Source: a virus (lineage: Duplodnaviria; Caudoviricetes). From it: a stretch of 64,000 bases of DNA. The translations under genes and the position numbers were made by a program. The stretch covers positions 1 through 64,000 of IMG/VR virus record IMGVR_UViG_3300007171_000004; one strand, 5' to 3'. Shown here in pieces: positions 20,097-29,190 of this stretch (position 1 is the stretch's first letter; every line of letters starts with the position of its first letter). Under the pieces are notes generated by a model, which had not been told where the DNA came from, made no database searches, and saw only the letters and a list, made by a program, of their open reading frames with translations.

Positions 20097-20860
20097 TTCC
20101 TATGCAATCCCTCGCTGTCAATTGTCTTCCAAATTCCTAAAAGAGTTGAAGATAATGTAGCAGGATCGTCTTTAATAGCAATAATTTGATCTTTATTAGC
20201 CATAACATTTCTTGCAAATCTAGCTGCTAATTCCATACTGTCTGAAGTTGTATCTGAATCTCTTCCTACAGTTGTTCTTAAAAATTTATCTCTATCTTCG
20301 GCTTTTAGGTTATTCTTTTTGGAAACTGCACTAATAGCTTGTTGAACTTCTGGGGCAATATTAGGATCTGCAAAATGAATTACAATAGTGTCAACATGAA
20401 TTGCTAACATTTGAACATTTGTAGCAACCTTAAAAGAAATCGGAAGTTCTGTCTGTATGTTTTGAAGTTTTTTCCCAAGATCATAAAGAGTTTGAACAAG
20501 TCCTTGAAAATCCTCTAATGGGTTCTGGGCTGTAAAATAAACCTTGTAATTTCTAGCATTTTCAGGTTTCTTCTTACCTTTTAAACTAAATTGCGACCAA
20601 GAGTTTTCCCCATAAAAAGACCAGTTAGAAGACAATAATCCAGCCACTTGTTTTAAGGAGTTCATCCAAAGAGATTTCCATGCATCTTTATCAAAATTCT
20701 TGTCTTGAAATAATTGCTTTTTGACAGATTTTCTTTGGGTAAAATGATCATAAGTTGCGTCTTTAATCATTACTTCAGCAGCAAAAGGTTGAGTTTCTAA
20801 AAAATTTACAACCTTTGTTGCCCATTCTTGATGGTTATTTTGAGCGAGTTTATACCACAT
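20093..20860 (-). CDS. Hypothetical protein with MWYKLAQ leader (weak resemblance to HopA1-like domain)
   Basis: MWYKLAQ start; NYKVYFT...FKV...DTIVIHF pattern; ATGA-type overlap with the next gene. Confidence 0.6.
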   Translation of the reverse strand: MWYKLAQNNHQEWATKVVNFLETQPFAAEVMIKDATYDHFTQRKSVKKQLFQDKNFDKDAWKSLWMNSLKQVAGLLSSNWSFYGENSWSQFSLKGKKKPENARNYKVYFTAQNPLEDFQGLVQTLYDLGKKLQNIQTELPISFKVATNVQMLAIHVDTIVIHFADPNIAPEVQQAISAVSKKNNLKAEDRDKFLRTTVGRDSDTTSDSMELAARFARNVMANKDQIIAIKDDPATLSSTLLGIWKTIDSEGLHRK

Positions 20861-20882
20861 TATTATCTTTCCTTAATAACTT

Positions 20883-21584
20883 TTATATATCCATTTTAAG
20901 CTGTGATTTGTCTTCTGGTTTTGGTTCTGGTTGTTTTTGTTCTGGAAGTTTATGCACCACTCTAACGTGTTGGCTTTGATCAATTCGTGGATTACCCCAA
21001 GAGTCCCATCTAGCTTTAGGTAATTTTTTCATTGCTTGTGGTTCTGTAATTTCTTCTTTCTTCCATCTTCTATCATCACCAAATTCATTCCATTCGAGAG
21101 TATGAGGTTTGCCGAATACTTTGTTTCTAGCTTTTAAGGCAGTGTTTGAATGGACTTCTCCGATAATAAATTTAGCATCTGGAAAATGTTCAGCTATGTA
21201 ATCTTTTGCTAATTTGTAAAGATATTGTCCAAGACCCCATCCACTTCTTTTGGATTCTACATCTTCACCAGCAAGATCGTTAATTTCCATAGAATCTTCA
21301 AGGCCCAATTCATCAATTTTAATTCTATAAATACTAACAATTGGATATGGAAGCTTACCCTCTATTGAATTAGAAAAAGCAGGGTAATAATTGAACATTA
21401 TATCGCCTATTTCTTGATTATTGCTATAGAGTCTGATAACTACTGGTATTGTTGGGTCTTGTTCATATTTATTGGTCCATACTGTATGTCTTAAGTTATC
21501 TTCTATATTGAATCTTGTTTTGGGCATATCCATTCTCATTTGCCCTGCAGGATCCATTCTGAGTTGAGCAAGCCTATACCACAT
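20883..21584 (-). CDS. Putative GNAT-fold protein with MWYRLAQ leader
   Basis: MWYRLAQ start; KRSGWGLGQYLYKLA resembles the GNAT acetyl-CoA-binding motif A. Confidence 0.5.
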   Translation of the reverse strand: MWYRLAQLRMDPAGQMRMDMPKTRFNIEDNLRHTVWTNKYEQDPTIPVVIRLYSNNQEIGDIMFNYYPAFSNSIEGKLPYPIVSIYRIKIDELGLEDSMEINDLAGEDVESKRSGWGLGQYLYKLAKDYIAEHFPDAKFIIGEVHSNTALKARNKVFGKPHTLEWNEFGDDRRWKKEEITEPQAMKKLPKARWDSWGNPRIDQSQHVRVVHKLPEQKQPEPKPEDKSQLKMDI

Positions 21585-22159
21585 TATTTGCCTTTGAGAT
21601 TATCCGAAACTGATCTACCAGCCTCCCAATTTTTGCATGACCAGTAACGAGCTTTCCACTTAGGACCCGGATTATCGCAATTGTGTCTGGCTCTAAAGTT
21701 TTTTCTGCGCTCTGGATTGTCTCTTTTTATGCTAAGTCCGGGATCGCCAAAATTCACCTTAACAATATTCCCTTTATCGTTTTTAACATATACTGAGAAC
21801 TTTTTAGGACCATTTGGAGTGCGGAAAGGCTTATTTAGTGGTTTATTATCGTATTTGCCAGCTTCAATTATTTTTTTTTTGGAAGATGCGGTTTTTTCAT
21901 CTTCAAAATATTCGCAAGCGGACATAGCACTCTCAAATCCCATGTTCTTGAGCTTCGAAACAAGGGATCCAAAATTCTTGAAGCGATTAGGCATTTTATC
22001 CATAACTTCTCTTGCCATCTCTTCATAATCAGCATCTGTCATTTTCTTAGCTGTATGGGTATGGGCAATTTTTTCCATTGTTTCAAGAAGATCGTCGGCA
22101 TCAGCATGTAATCCTCTGGCATCTAATTCTCTTGCAATCTGGGCTAAAACTTTTAACAT
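21584..22159 (-). CDS. Basic phage protein with leader motif and conserved C-terminal VNFGDP...RRKNFRARHNC...YWSC domain
   Basis: Start reassigned from the GTG at 22201 to the ATG at 22159 (GGAG SD upstream, leader begins there). The C-terminal domain is widespread in large phages. Confidence 0.7.
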   Translation of the reverse strand: MLKVLAQIARELDARGLHADADDLLETMEKIAHTHTAKKMTDADYEEMAREVMDKMPNRFKNFGSLVSKLKNMGFESAMSACEYFEDEKTASSKKKIIEAGKYDNKPLNKPFRTPNGPKKFSVYVKNDKGNIVKVNFGDPGLSIKRDNPERRKNFRARHNCDNPGPKWKARYWSCKNWEAGRSVSDNLKGK

Positions 22160-22255
22160 ATAATTTCTCCGAAAGGGTTTGATTTTAATTTCCTTGTACA
22201 CACTCTATAAATCCTGCTCATAGGAAGAAATTAGCTTGTAAAAGAAAAATATATT

Positions 22256-22606
22256 ATGTTAAAAATTTCTTATAGAATTATCACATCCGAAGCTCTGAAC
22301 AAAAATATCCCTATACCTTCTACAGTCAAAAATAAAGCTGTGGTAGGATATGAATGGGCTAGAGCAAATCGTGAATATGTTTCTAGTAACGAAATTGAAA
22401 TTGCAAGAAAATTAGCTAGTTATTCTACAATTGATTTAGGAACTGTATTGGAAATTCATAGATATACAGCTAAGAATAGATACAAGGTTCCTTCTGATCA
22501 TGAACATCCGCTTGCACAAAAATGGCTGATGTATGGTGGTGAAGAGGGTAGATCTTGGAGTGATTTAATTGTTAGAAATAACTTGCCTAAAAGGAGAGTA
22601 TTTTGA
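22256..22606 (+). CDS. Hypothetical phage protein (divergent member of the ...ARxLA...WLxWGG.xG..W domain family)
   Basis: GYEWAR...IARKLA...KWLMYGGEEGRSW pattern resembles a small domain often fused to phage head-morphogenesis proteins. Confidence 0.5.
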   Translation: MLKISYRIITSEALNKNIPIPSTVKNKAVVGYEWARANREYVSSNEIEIARKLASYSTIDLGTVLEIHRYTAKNRYKVPSDHEHPLAQKWLMYGGEEGRSWSDLIVRNNLPKRRVF

Positions 22607-23028
22607 AGATCTTTTTAACTTTACTTTTAATCGGTAATGTTGCTTTTGCACAAACACAATCTTTTAACCCCAGATATAGTTTGTTTGGCACTAATCAACT
22701 TACTAATGTTAATGTCACTGCTGCAATGAAAAAGTTGCCTGGTTTCACTGTTAATGTAGATTCTTGGCATAAAGATAATGATTTGTCTTATTCTTTAGAT
22801 CACAACATAAAAGCATCTTATAATCTTAAGGGTTTTTATGTAAGTGCTGATGCAGTAAAAGATCAAAAGACATTATTTAACGATAACAATAATTTAGCTT
22901 TTGGATATAAGAGTCAATGGAAATCTTCTTTCTTGAATGTATCTTTTAAGCAACAAGATTTTAAGCAAACAAATTTTGGACATAAACCTAATCAAACAAT
23001 ATCAATAGAGGGAAAGTTGGTTTTCTAA
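22603..23028 (+). CDS. Secreted, putative outer-membrane beta-strand protein
   Basis: Sec signal MKIFLTLLLIGNVAFA|Q; alternating aromatic beta-strands; C-terminal Phe (ISIEGKLVF). Confidence 0.55.
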   Translation: MKIFLTLLLIGNVAFAQTQSFNPRYSLFGTNQLTNVNVTAAMKKLPGFTVNVDSWHKDNDLSYSLDHNIKASYNLKGFYVSADAVKDQKTLFNDNNNLAFGYKSQWKSSFLNVSFKQQDFKQTNFGHKPNQTISIEGKLVF

Positions 23029-24453
23029 ATGACAAGAGAAGCTATTTTAAGAGATCTGGAAAAAATGATCAGAGAATGTGAAAAAAATGAAGATTTCGTA
23101 ACAGCTTCTGAACTTGATGAATTGTTTGTAAAAATTGCTGGAAGTAAATTTGACAAGTACTTTTTTCCTGCGGTTTTAGGTCTTGGGGCTGCTGGTGGGC
23201 TTTATAGACAATTACAGGATAATCAACCATTAGATTATAAACCGATTGCTGCTATTGTTTCTGCTCCGGGCATGGGTAGAAAACTTGCCAAAGATCCTAA
23301 TGTTCTTATGAATTGGAAGAAATTTTTAGAAGAGAATAATCTTTTAGTTGAGGGTAGTCCGACATATGATTTGGATGAGATTGAAGCTACCAAAGAATTT
23401 CAAGATAGTGTTAAGTTAATTCCTGATGGTTCTTTAGGCCCACAAACTCTTAAGGCTGCTTTTGATTTAAATCCTAATTCACAATATCTTAAGAACATTA
23501 TCCAATATTTAAAATCTGTCCAAGAAGCTCCAAGATCTGTTCCTCAAACCCAACAAGCTCCTCAGGCTCCAATGCAAGTAGAAGCTCCAAGACAAGAAAA
23601 GACAATTGAAACCTTAGCTCCTGAGAAACCAATAAAGAAGATCAAAGAAGTTAAGGAAGAAAAAGAAGAAGCGCCAAAGAAGAAGCAAAAATTAAATATC
23701 AAACAAAGATCTAAAATTGCTTGGGATGCTCCTGTTGATGAGGTTTATAAGCAATATTTCCCTTTAAGATTTGATTTAGAGGGTGACGTATCTGATTGGA
23801 AGTATGATCGTGGTGGTTTAACAAAGCGTGGTATTACTCAAGTTGTTGTTAAAAAATACTTCCCAGGCAAAAAAGTTACAGATTTAAATAACGAACAATT
23901 AGAGTTTATTGCAAGATCTGAATTTAATAGAACAATGAGAGCTGGTTTACCTAATAATACTGGTGTTTCTATGGCTGACTTTGACTTTAATAGTGGGATG
24001 AGACATACAAATACTGTGATGAGAAGAACCTTAAGGGATATGTTTGGTATTCCTCTTAAAGCTATGATGGTAAAAGGCACATTAATGTCAAGAGTTGAGC
24101 CTGAAAGAAGAATATTAGAGAAGATTATCAAGCAGAGAGTTAATTCACAGCAAGAAGATGAAAAATTAGCTGAAATCTTTAATCTTAACAGGAATTTATT
24201 TTACACTCAAGAATGTCCAGGAATGATTGTAAGTAATCCTGGAGTTCTTTCTAGACCTGATGACATTGCTGAGTTGACCGGAAGTGATATTAATATTGAA
24301 AAGCATGATGATAAGTTCGTCAATGTTCGTAAAAAGGGTACGCCATTAAAGAAAACATTTAAGATGCGAAGAAAGATGCTACCTAGTATTTCAAGAGCAT
24401 TATTAAAAGAAAGACAAGACGCTTTAAAACAGTGGAAGAAACAACAAAACTAA
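23029..24453 (+). CDS. Putative virion-associated lysozyme: leader, hydrophobic segment, PG-binding motif, GH108-like domain
   Basis: PDGSLGPQT peptidoglycan-binding motif; LEGDVSDWKYDRGGLTKRGITQ matches the GH108 E-G...D-x-GG-x-T-x-x-GIT signature. Confidence 0.65.
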   Translation: MTREAILRDLEKMIRECEKNEDFVTASELDELFVKIAGSKFDKYFFPAVLGLGAAGGLYRQLQDNQPLDYKPIAAIVSAPGMGRKLAKDPNVLMNWKKFLEENNLLVEGSPTYDLDEIEATKEFQDSVKLIPDGSLGPQTLKAAFDLNPNSQYLKNIIQYLKSVQEAPRSVPQTQQAPQAPMQVEAPRQEKTIETLAPEKPIKKIKEVKEEKEEAPKKKQKLNIKQRSKIAWDAPVDEVYKQYFPLRFDLEGDVSDWKYDRGGLTKRGITQVVVKKYFPGKKVTDLNNEQLEFIARSEFNRTMRAGLPNNTGVSMADFDFNSGMRHTNTVMRRTLRDMFGIPLKAMMVKGTLMSRVEPERRILEKIIKQRVNSQQEDEKLAEIFNLNRNLFYTQECPGMIVSNPGVLSRPDDIAELTGSDINIEKHDDKFVNVRKKGTPLKKTFKMRRKMLPSISRALLKERQDALKQWKKQQN

Positions 24454-24767
24454 AAAATATCATAGATTACTTCACTGACAGAGGATGGGTATTTTCTCAT
24501 AGGGATTTATCTTTATTTTTCAGTTTATCAGAGTCTTTTAGTTTTACAGAAGATGATATTGAAAGTTTATTGCCTCAAAGATATACTAGTTCGGTAAGAT
24601 TGTTAAAAAGACTTGATACAGAGAAATGTTATCATCCTAAGGGCTATAAGAAAAAAGTATCCAAATATTACATCTATGATTTTATAATGTCAGCTAAAAA
24701 TAAAAAGCCAAGTGTTATTCTTGGCTTTTTGCATGATAAGATAAATAAGAGTCTTAGATCTTATTAA
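24432..24767 (+). CDS. Hypothetical protein
   Basis: 111-aa ORF filling the gap between 24453 and the convergent 24754 gene. Confidence 0.5.
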   Translation: MEETTKLKNIIDYFTDRGWVFSHRDLSLFFSLSESFSFTEDDIESLLPQRYTSSVRLLKRLDTEKCYHPKGYKKKVSKYYIYDFIMSAKNKKPSVILGFLHDKINKSLRSY

Positions 24768-27700
24768 TAACATATTCAAGAATTTTTATCAAATCTGCTT
24801 GAATTTTTGGAGACCTAATATGGTCAGGATTTTTTCTATAAATCTTAAAAGTTGTTTTTAGATCTAATTCTTCTTTAGGAATGGCTTCTTGAAGAAAATC
24901 TATAGGAGCTAAAGCTAAAAGATCATAGAAATTCAATAACTCACTTTTTTTGTATTCATTTAGTAATTTAATCAATTCTTCCCTAGGAATATTATAAGTA
25001 GTTTGAAATCCAGGTGTAAAAGCTTGATTCGCTTCTGTAGATTTTAAAGTATATTGATTTTCACTATCTCTTATGTAATAATCTGCAAATTTTCTCCATT
25101 GTCTTTGTGAATGAAATGGATTTGAAGGCGTTGGATTATTATTTCCTACTGGTTTTATTTCATTTTTTGGAAGTGTATTGCTACCAAAATTGACCATTCT
25201 TCCCAATCCATTAAAACTTTCAAAATAATCTAAGTAAATATTGTTAATAGCCTCTTTTACTTGTGGAGTCAATCCAGGTTTAAATTCCATAGAGTCAACA
25301 ACAATAGTAGATCCACTTTCAGATTCCCAGCAATAAGATTGAGCATACATTTCATTTTTTTTATTTAGTATCACGAAAAGGGCTGATTTTGGAGATAATT
25401 GAGAATCAAAAGCACAAGATTGAGCATAATGATAAAGGGTTTGACAACAGCCTGTAAATTTTCCAGCAAACATAATCCTTGTGTCATTTTTAGGAAGAAA
25501 TTTAGCTGTAAATCCATTTTGTGTTATGACATTTCTAGCCCAAAGAGGAAGAGGCATGCTTTTGGACATTTTATACCAATTCTCCATGTCAGAATATTTA
25601 AAGCCTCTTTTAATTGTGTCATCGTATTTAGGATTTGTTTTGTCAGCTGATTTAAGAAATTCTACTGCAAAATCTTCATCTTCATAATCGCCATGTTCTT
25701 CAGAAAAATTAATTAATCTTACAGCAAATTCAAGCTTTTTAATATCAGCTTTATTTTTAATATGTTCAGATACTTTAGCCGTTACTCCATCAAAAGTGAT
25801 TTCATCATTCCACATGCCTGAAAGAAATAGGGCTGAATCTCTTGTAGATCTGAGGATGTTATTAAGTAAAAAATCTCTTATTTCTGGATTAAATTCTTTT
25901 ACTGTTGGAAGAAAAACTGTTTTATCATGTAAATTTTGAGCTGGATATCTTCTTAAATAACTTATTGTCATCTTACCAAATATCATAAAAGCATTACCAA
26001 TATAATTTAAATCTTCATTTTTTATGGTACTTGGGTTAATATTAGCTTCTTGTAAATAATTTAGAAGATCTTGAATTCCAGATTGTGGTAGATTTTGTAA
26101 AGCATCAAAATTAGAAGAAATGATAGTTAGATATGTATCTTTAACATCCTGTCTTTTTGGAACAGTATATTCTCCATCAGCATCTTTAACTAGAAAACTA
26201 TTTTTAATTTTAGTTTCTTGTAATTTTTCTTTCGCTTCTTTAAAGTACATATCGAATGCTTTTTGAATTCTTTGAGCATTATCCGCTGAACTATAAGAAG
26301 ATAACGTAATATTTGCTTTTTTAATACAGTAATTAAATAAAAAATCTTGCTCTCCTGCAGAAAATTCTTTCAATAAGTACATAAGATTATCAGAGTTAAT
26401 ATATGTTATTAGACTTTGTGATGTCTCAAAATTGGAAAATAATTTATTTGAAAATCTGGAATCAACATATTCTTTTACGTAATTGATATCTTCTGCTGGT
26501 ATTTTGAACATTCTTATAAAATTAAGATTACCATATTTTTGATCACGGTAGAGAATCTTAGCACTATCTAATATATAATCAGCAATTTCATTTCTTATTT
26601 TATTAAAATCTATTGCGTTAAGACCATAATAAAGCAAAGTTGATATATCTTGCCCAGAGTCAATGAAATGTTTAATTCCAAATAAAATACCAGGATAAAA
26701 ATTTAAAGCATCAAAGTCGTATGGTTCCATCTTTTCGTAAATAGATTTTAATGATGGATATTTACTTACTACTAAATCAATAATAAAATCTTTATTATTT
26801 GAATATTTATCATATGACTTGATACTGTCTAAATTATCAATCAGTTTATTATTTAAAACATACTCATAAACTTTGGTATTTGTTGAAGCAAAAGCTACAA
26901 AATCTATAATATTCTTTGAAAGTCTATCAAATTTTTCAAGCTTATAATATTCATTTGAACTTAACAAATCTATTGCATATGATAAAATATATGCAGAATC
27001 TGTCTTGTCAATCAATTTTTTTACATCACTTATATTTACATATGTTCTAGAATATGTAATTGCTGCAAGTAAAAGTTCTATTTTATTTGATGGAATACTT
27101 TTCAAACCATCAGTAATTGCTATTTCTCTGATTTTTCTAGGATCAGTAGAATTTGCTTTATAAAATTTAAGATCATTTTTATAAAAATTATATTGAGAAT
27201 ACCTTTCATTGAATAAGTCAGGATATCTTTCTCTTAAACTATAAAAATAATCTTTTTCTGCTTTAGTATTCCCATGAAAGAAAACGTTTTCATTTTGTTC
27301 TTCAGAGTATTCGAATGAAGAAAAGGATTGATATCTTTCGATAAAATCCCATTCCTCTAACAAATACCCAACTAAATTATTTTCAAATAAAAATTTAACA
27401 CCATAAGAAAGTGCAACATTTTTTAATTCTTGAACAAACTTGGTGTAAAGTATATCCCAATCTTTATATTGATCAGGAAGAGTTGCTCCTGTTTTGTCAA
27501 AGTAAGCAATTACACCTGACCAATAATCTTTAAATCTTTCAAACTGCTTATTTACTATTTCTTTAATCTTAGGACTTTCAAAAACTTCATTTCTAAAAGT
27601 GTTGATTTCTTTGACATATTCTTTTAATCTAGCTAAAATATTTTGAAAATTTGAATCAATATCTGAGAGAAAGCTATATATATAATCCACAAGAGCAGAA

Positions 27701-28233
27701 TCAGTGTTAACAATTTTTAAATCATATTTTAACAGATTCAATATCCATGATTTTGCTTTTTGTTCATCATTCCAATAATTTTCTCTAATAAGGTTTAAGC
27801 TATATTTTAAACTATCATAATAATCAACTTCATCACCTTCAAACATTGGGTCTTGCAATTGTCTATAAATTGTGTGATCATAATTCAATTGAGGAATATT
27901 TAATTGCAAATTTCCAGTTTGATGTGTAATGATGTTAGAATCTGAATATTGAGGAAATTCATAATAAGCTTCATGTTCTTGAGGGCCTACTGTTGAATCT
28001 GCCATAAAATAATCTGGACTGTATATGAGATCAGGAGAAGTTTCAGTATTTGCATCATGAGCAGCTTTTAAATGATTAAATAACTCATCCTGGCCCTCTT
28101 CTTCTTTTTCTGCAAATCTTAAGTTACTAGAGGACTGTGCTAAAGAAAATGCAACTTCTGAAAATATAAAGTCGCCATGTTTATCAAGAGTTTCAGCTAA
28201 TCTGATATATTTTAAAGCTTTGTTAGTTTTCAT
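24754..28233 (-). CDS. Large (1159 aa) hypothetical protein with leader motif; probable internal virion protein
   Basis: Leader LAETLDKHGDF...SLAQ; long helical body; C-terminal GKFTGCCQ...AQSYCW...VVDSME domain. Confidence 0.7.
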   Translation of the reverse strand: MKTNKALKYIRLAETLDKHGDFIFSEVAFSLAQSSSNLRFAEKEEEGQDELFNHLKAAHDANTETSPDLIYSPDYFMADSTVGPQEHEAYYEFPQYSDSNIITHQTGNLQLNIPQLNYDHTIYRQLQDPMFEGDEVDYYDSLKYSLNLIRENYWNDEQKAKSWILNLLKYDLKIVNTDSALVDYIYSFLSDIDSNFQNILARLKEYVKEINTFRNEVFESPKIKEIVNKQFERFKDYWSGVIAYFDKTGATLPDQYKDWDILYTKFVQELKNVALSYGVKFLFENNLVGYLLEEWDFIERYQSFSSFEYSEEQNENVFFHGNTKAEKDYFYSLRERYPDLFNERYSQYNFYKNDLKFYKANSTDPRKIREIAITDGLKSIPSNKIELLLAAITYSRTYVNISDVKKLIDKTDSAYILSYAIDLLSSNEYYKLEKFDRLSKNIIDFVAFASTNTKVYEYVLNNKLIDNLDSIKSYDKYSNNKDFIIDLVVSKYPSLKSIYEKMEPYDFDALNFYPGILFGIKHFIDSGQDISTLLYYGLNAIDFNKIRNEIADYILDSAKILYRDQKYGNLNFIRMFKIPAEDINYVKEYVDSRFSNKLFSNFETSQSLITYINSDNLMYLLKEFSAGEQDFLFNYCIKKANITLSSYSSADNAQRIQKAFDMYFKEAKEKLQETKIKNSFLVKDADGEYTVPKRQDVKDTYLTIISSNFDALQNLPQSGIQDLLNYLQEANINPSTIKNEDLNYIGNAFMIFGKMTISYLRRYPAQNLHDKTVFLPTVKEFNPEIRDFLLNNILRSTRDSALFLSGMWNDEITFDGVTAKVSEHIKNKADIKKLEFAVRLINFSEEHGDYEDEDFAVEFLKSADKTNPKYDDTIKRGFKYSDMENWYKMSKSMPLPLWARNVITQNGFTAKFLPKNDTRIMFAGKFTGCCQTLYHYAQSCAFDSQLSPKSALFVILNKKNEMYAQSYCWESESGSTIVVDSMEFKPGLTPQVKEAINNIYLDYFESFNGLGRMVNFGSNTLPKNEIKPVGNNNPTPSNPFHSQRQWRKFADYYIRDSENQYTLKSTEANQAFTPGFQTTYNIPREELIKLLNEYKKSELLNFYDLLALAPIDFLQEAIPKEELDLKTTFKIYRKNPDHIRSPKIQADLIKILEYVINKI

Positions 28234-28314
28234 AGGGGAGAGTTTCCATACTAATATTTCAAATTCTTAGCATATGATATCCTTGTACAATAGGGATAGA
28301 GGTAGGATACAACT

Positions 28315-29190
28315 ATGGAAAATAAATCAGTGGAATTTGCCCTTGAAGCTGGAATCGCAATATGGGCTAAAGATAACCAAGAAATTGTAAAGAAAGCAAT
28401 AAACCTTGGCGCAGAAACTACATCTTTAGGACTTTGTGATACAGATGTCAACCCTTTTATGCAAATTGTCCCTAAAGATATGTTTGGTCCTAATGGTAAT
28501 CTTGTTCATGAATGTTTTTTGAATATTAATCATCAAGCTTGGGGTTATTATAGAATCATTGTTGAAGAGCATGAATATAAGGTTATTGAACCAAAATTAG
28601 CACGTTCTCAAGAAACAGATGTAATTCTCTTGACAGATGCAGAAGCTATTGGGTATGTGAGAGATTTAGCAGAGTCATTAGATCCTCATTATAAAATGTA
28701 TGAACTTTTAGAACAAGAAAATTATAAAGCAGCTGAAGATATCTTGAATGAAATGCTAGCGGTTTATAAAATTAAGATCCTAGAACCTCTTAAAGAAATT
28801 AAAAACACAATTGATAACTTTTCTGGAGAATTATCTATAAAGGCTACAAATTCTGATGATATGCAACTTGTCAAAAATTTAAATACACGATATGATTTAG
28901 CATTGTTTCATCCTGAGAATTGGATTGTCACCGAAGATCTTGGAATTAATAGTCAAGAATGGTTATCAAAAGCTCTTAAAGATTTTCAGATTTTAGAGAA
29001 TAAGGCAGCATCTTTACTCTACTTTGCTCAGAAGATTATTAAGAATGATTTTCCAGTAACATTGATTGTTCATACAGATTCTAAAGAGCCTGAATCCGAT
29101 TTGACAGGGGAAGTATTGAAAGACGAAGCATTAAATTTAGTGTTAGTGCGACCAGTGATTCATGCAACAAGATTTGAGATTAAAAAATGA
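28315..29190 (+). CDS. Hypothetical protein
   Basis: 291-aa ORF; ATGA overlap with the next gene. Confidence 0.65.
   Translation: MENKSVEFALEAGIAIWAKDNQEIVKKAINLGAETTSLGLCDTDVNPFMQIVPKDMFGPNGNLVHECFLNINHQAWGYYRIIVEEHEYKVIEPKLARSQETDVILLTDAEAIGYVRDLAESLDPHYKMYELLEQENYKAAEDILNEMLAVYKIKILEPLKEIKNTIDNFSGELSIKATNSDDMQLVKNLNTRYDLALFHPENWIVTEDLGINSQEWLSKALKDFQILENKAASLLYFAQKIIKNDFPVTLIVHTDSKEPESDLTGEVLKDEALNLVLVRPVIHATRFEIKK

Noticed and set aside
18985-28451. Nested ORFs 18985, 19674, 21681, 23838, 25399, 25481 and 28251
   Set aside because: They overlap better-supported genes on the other strand or frame; 28251..28451 spans a promoter region and the start of 28315.
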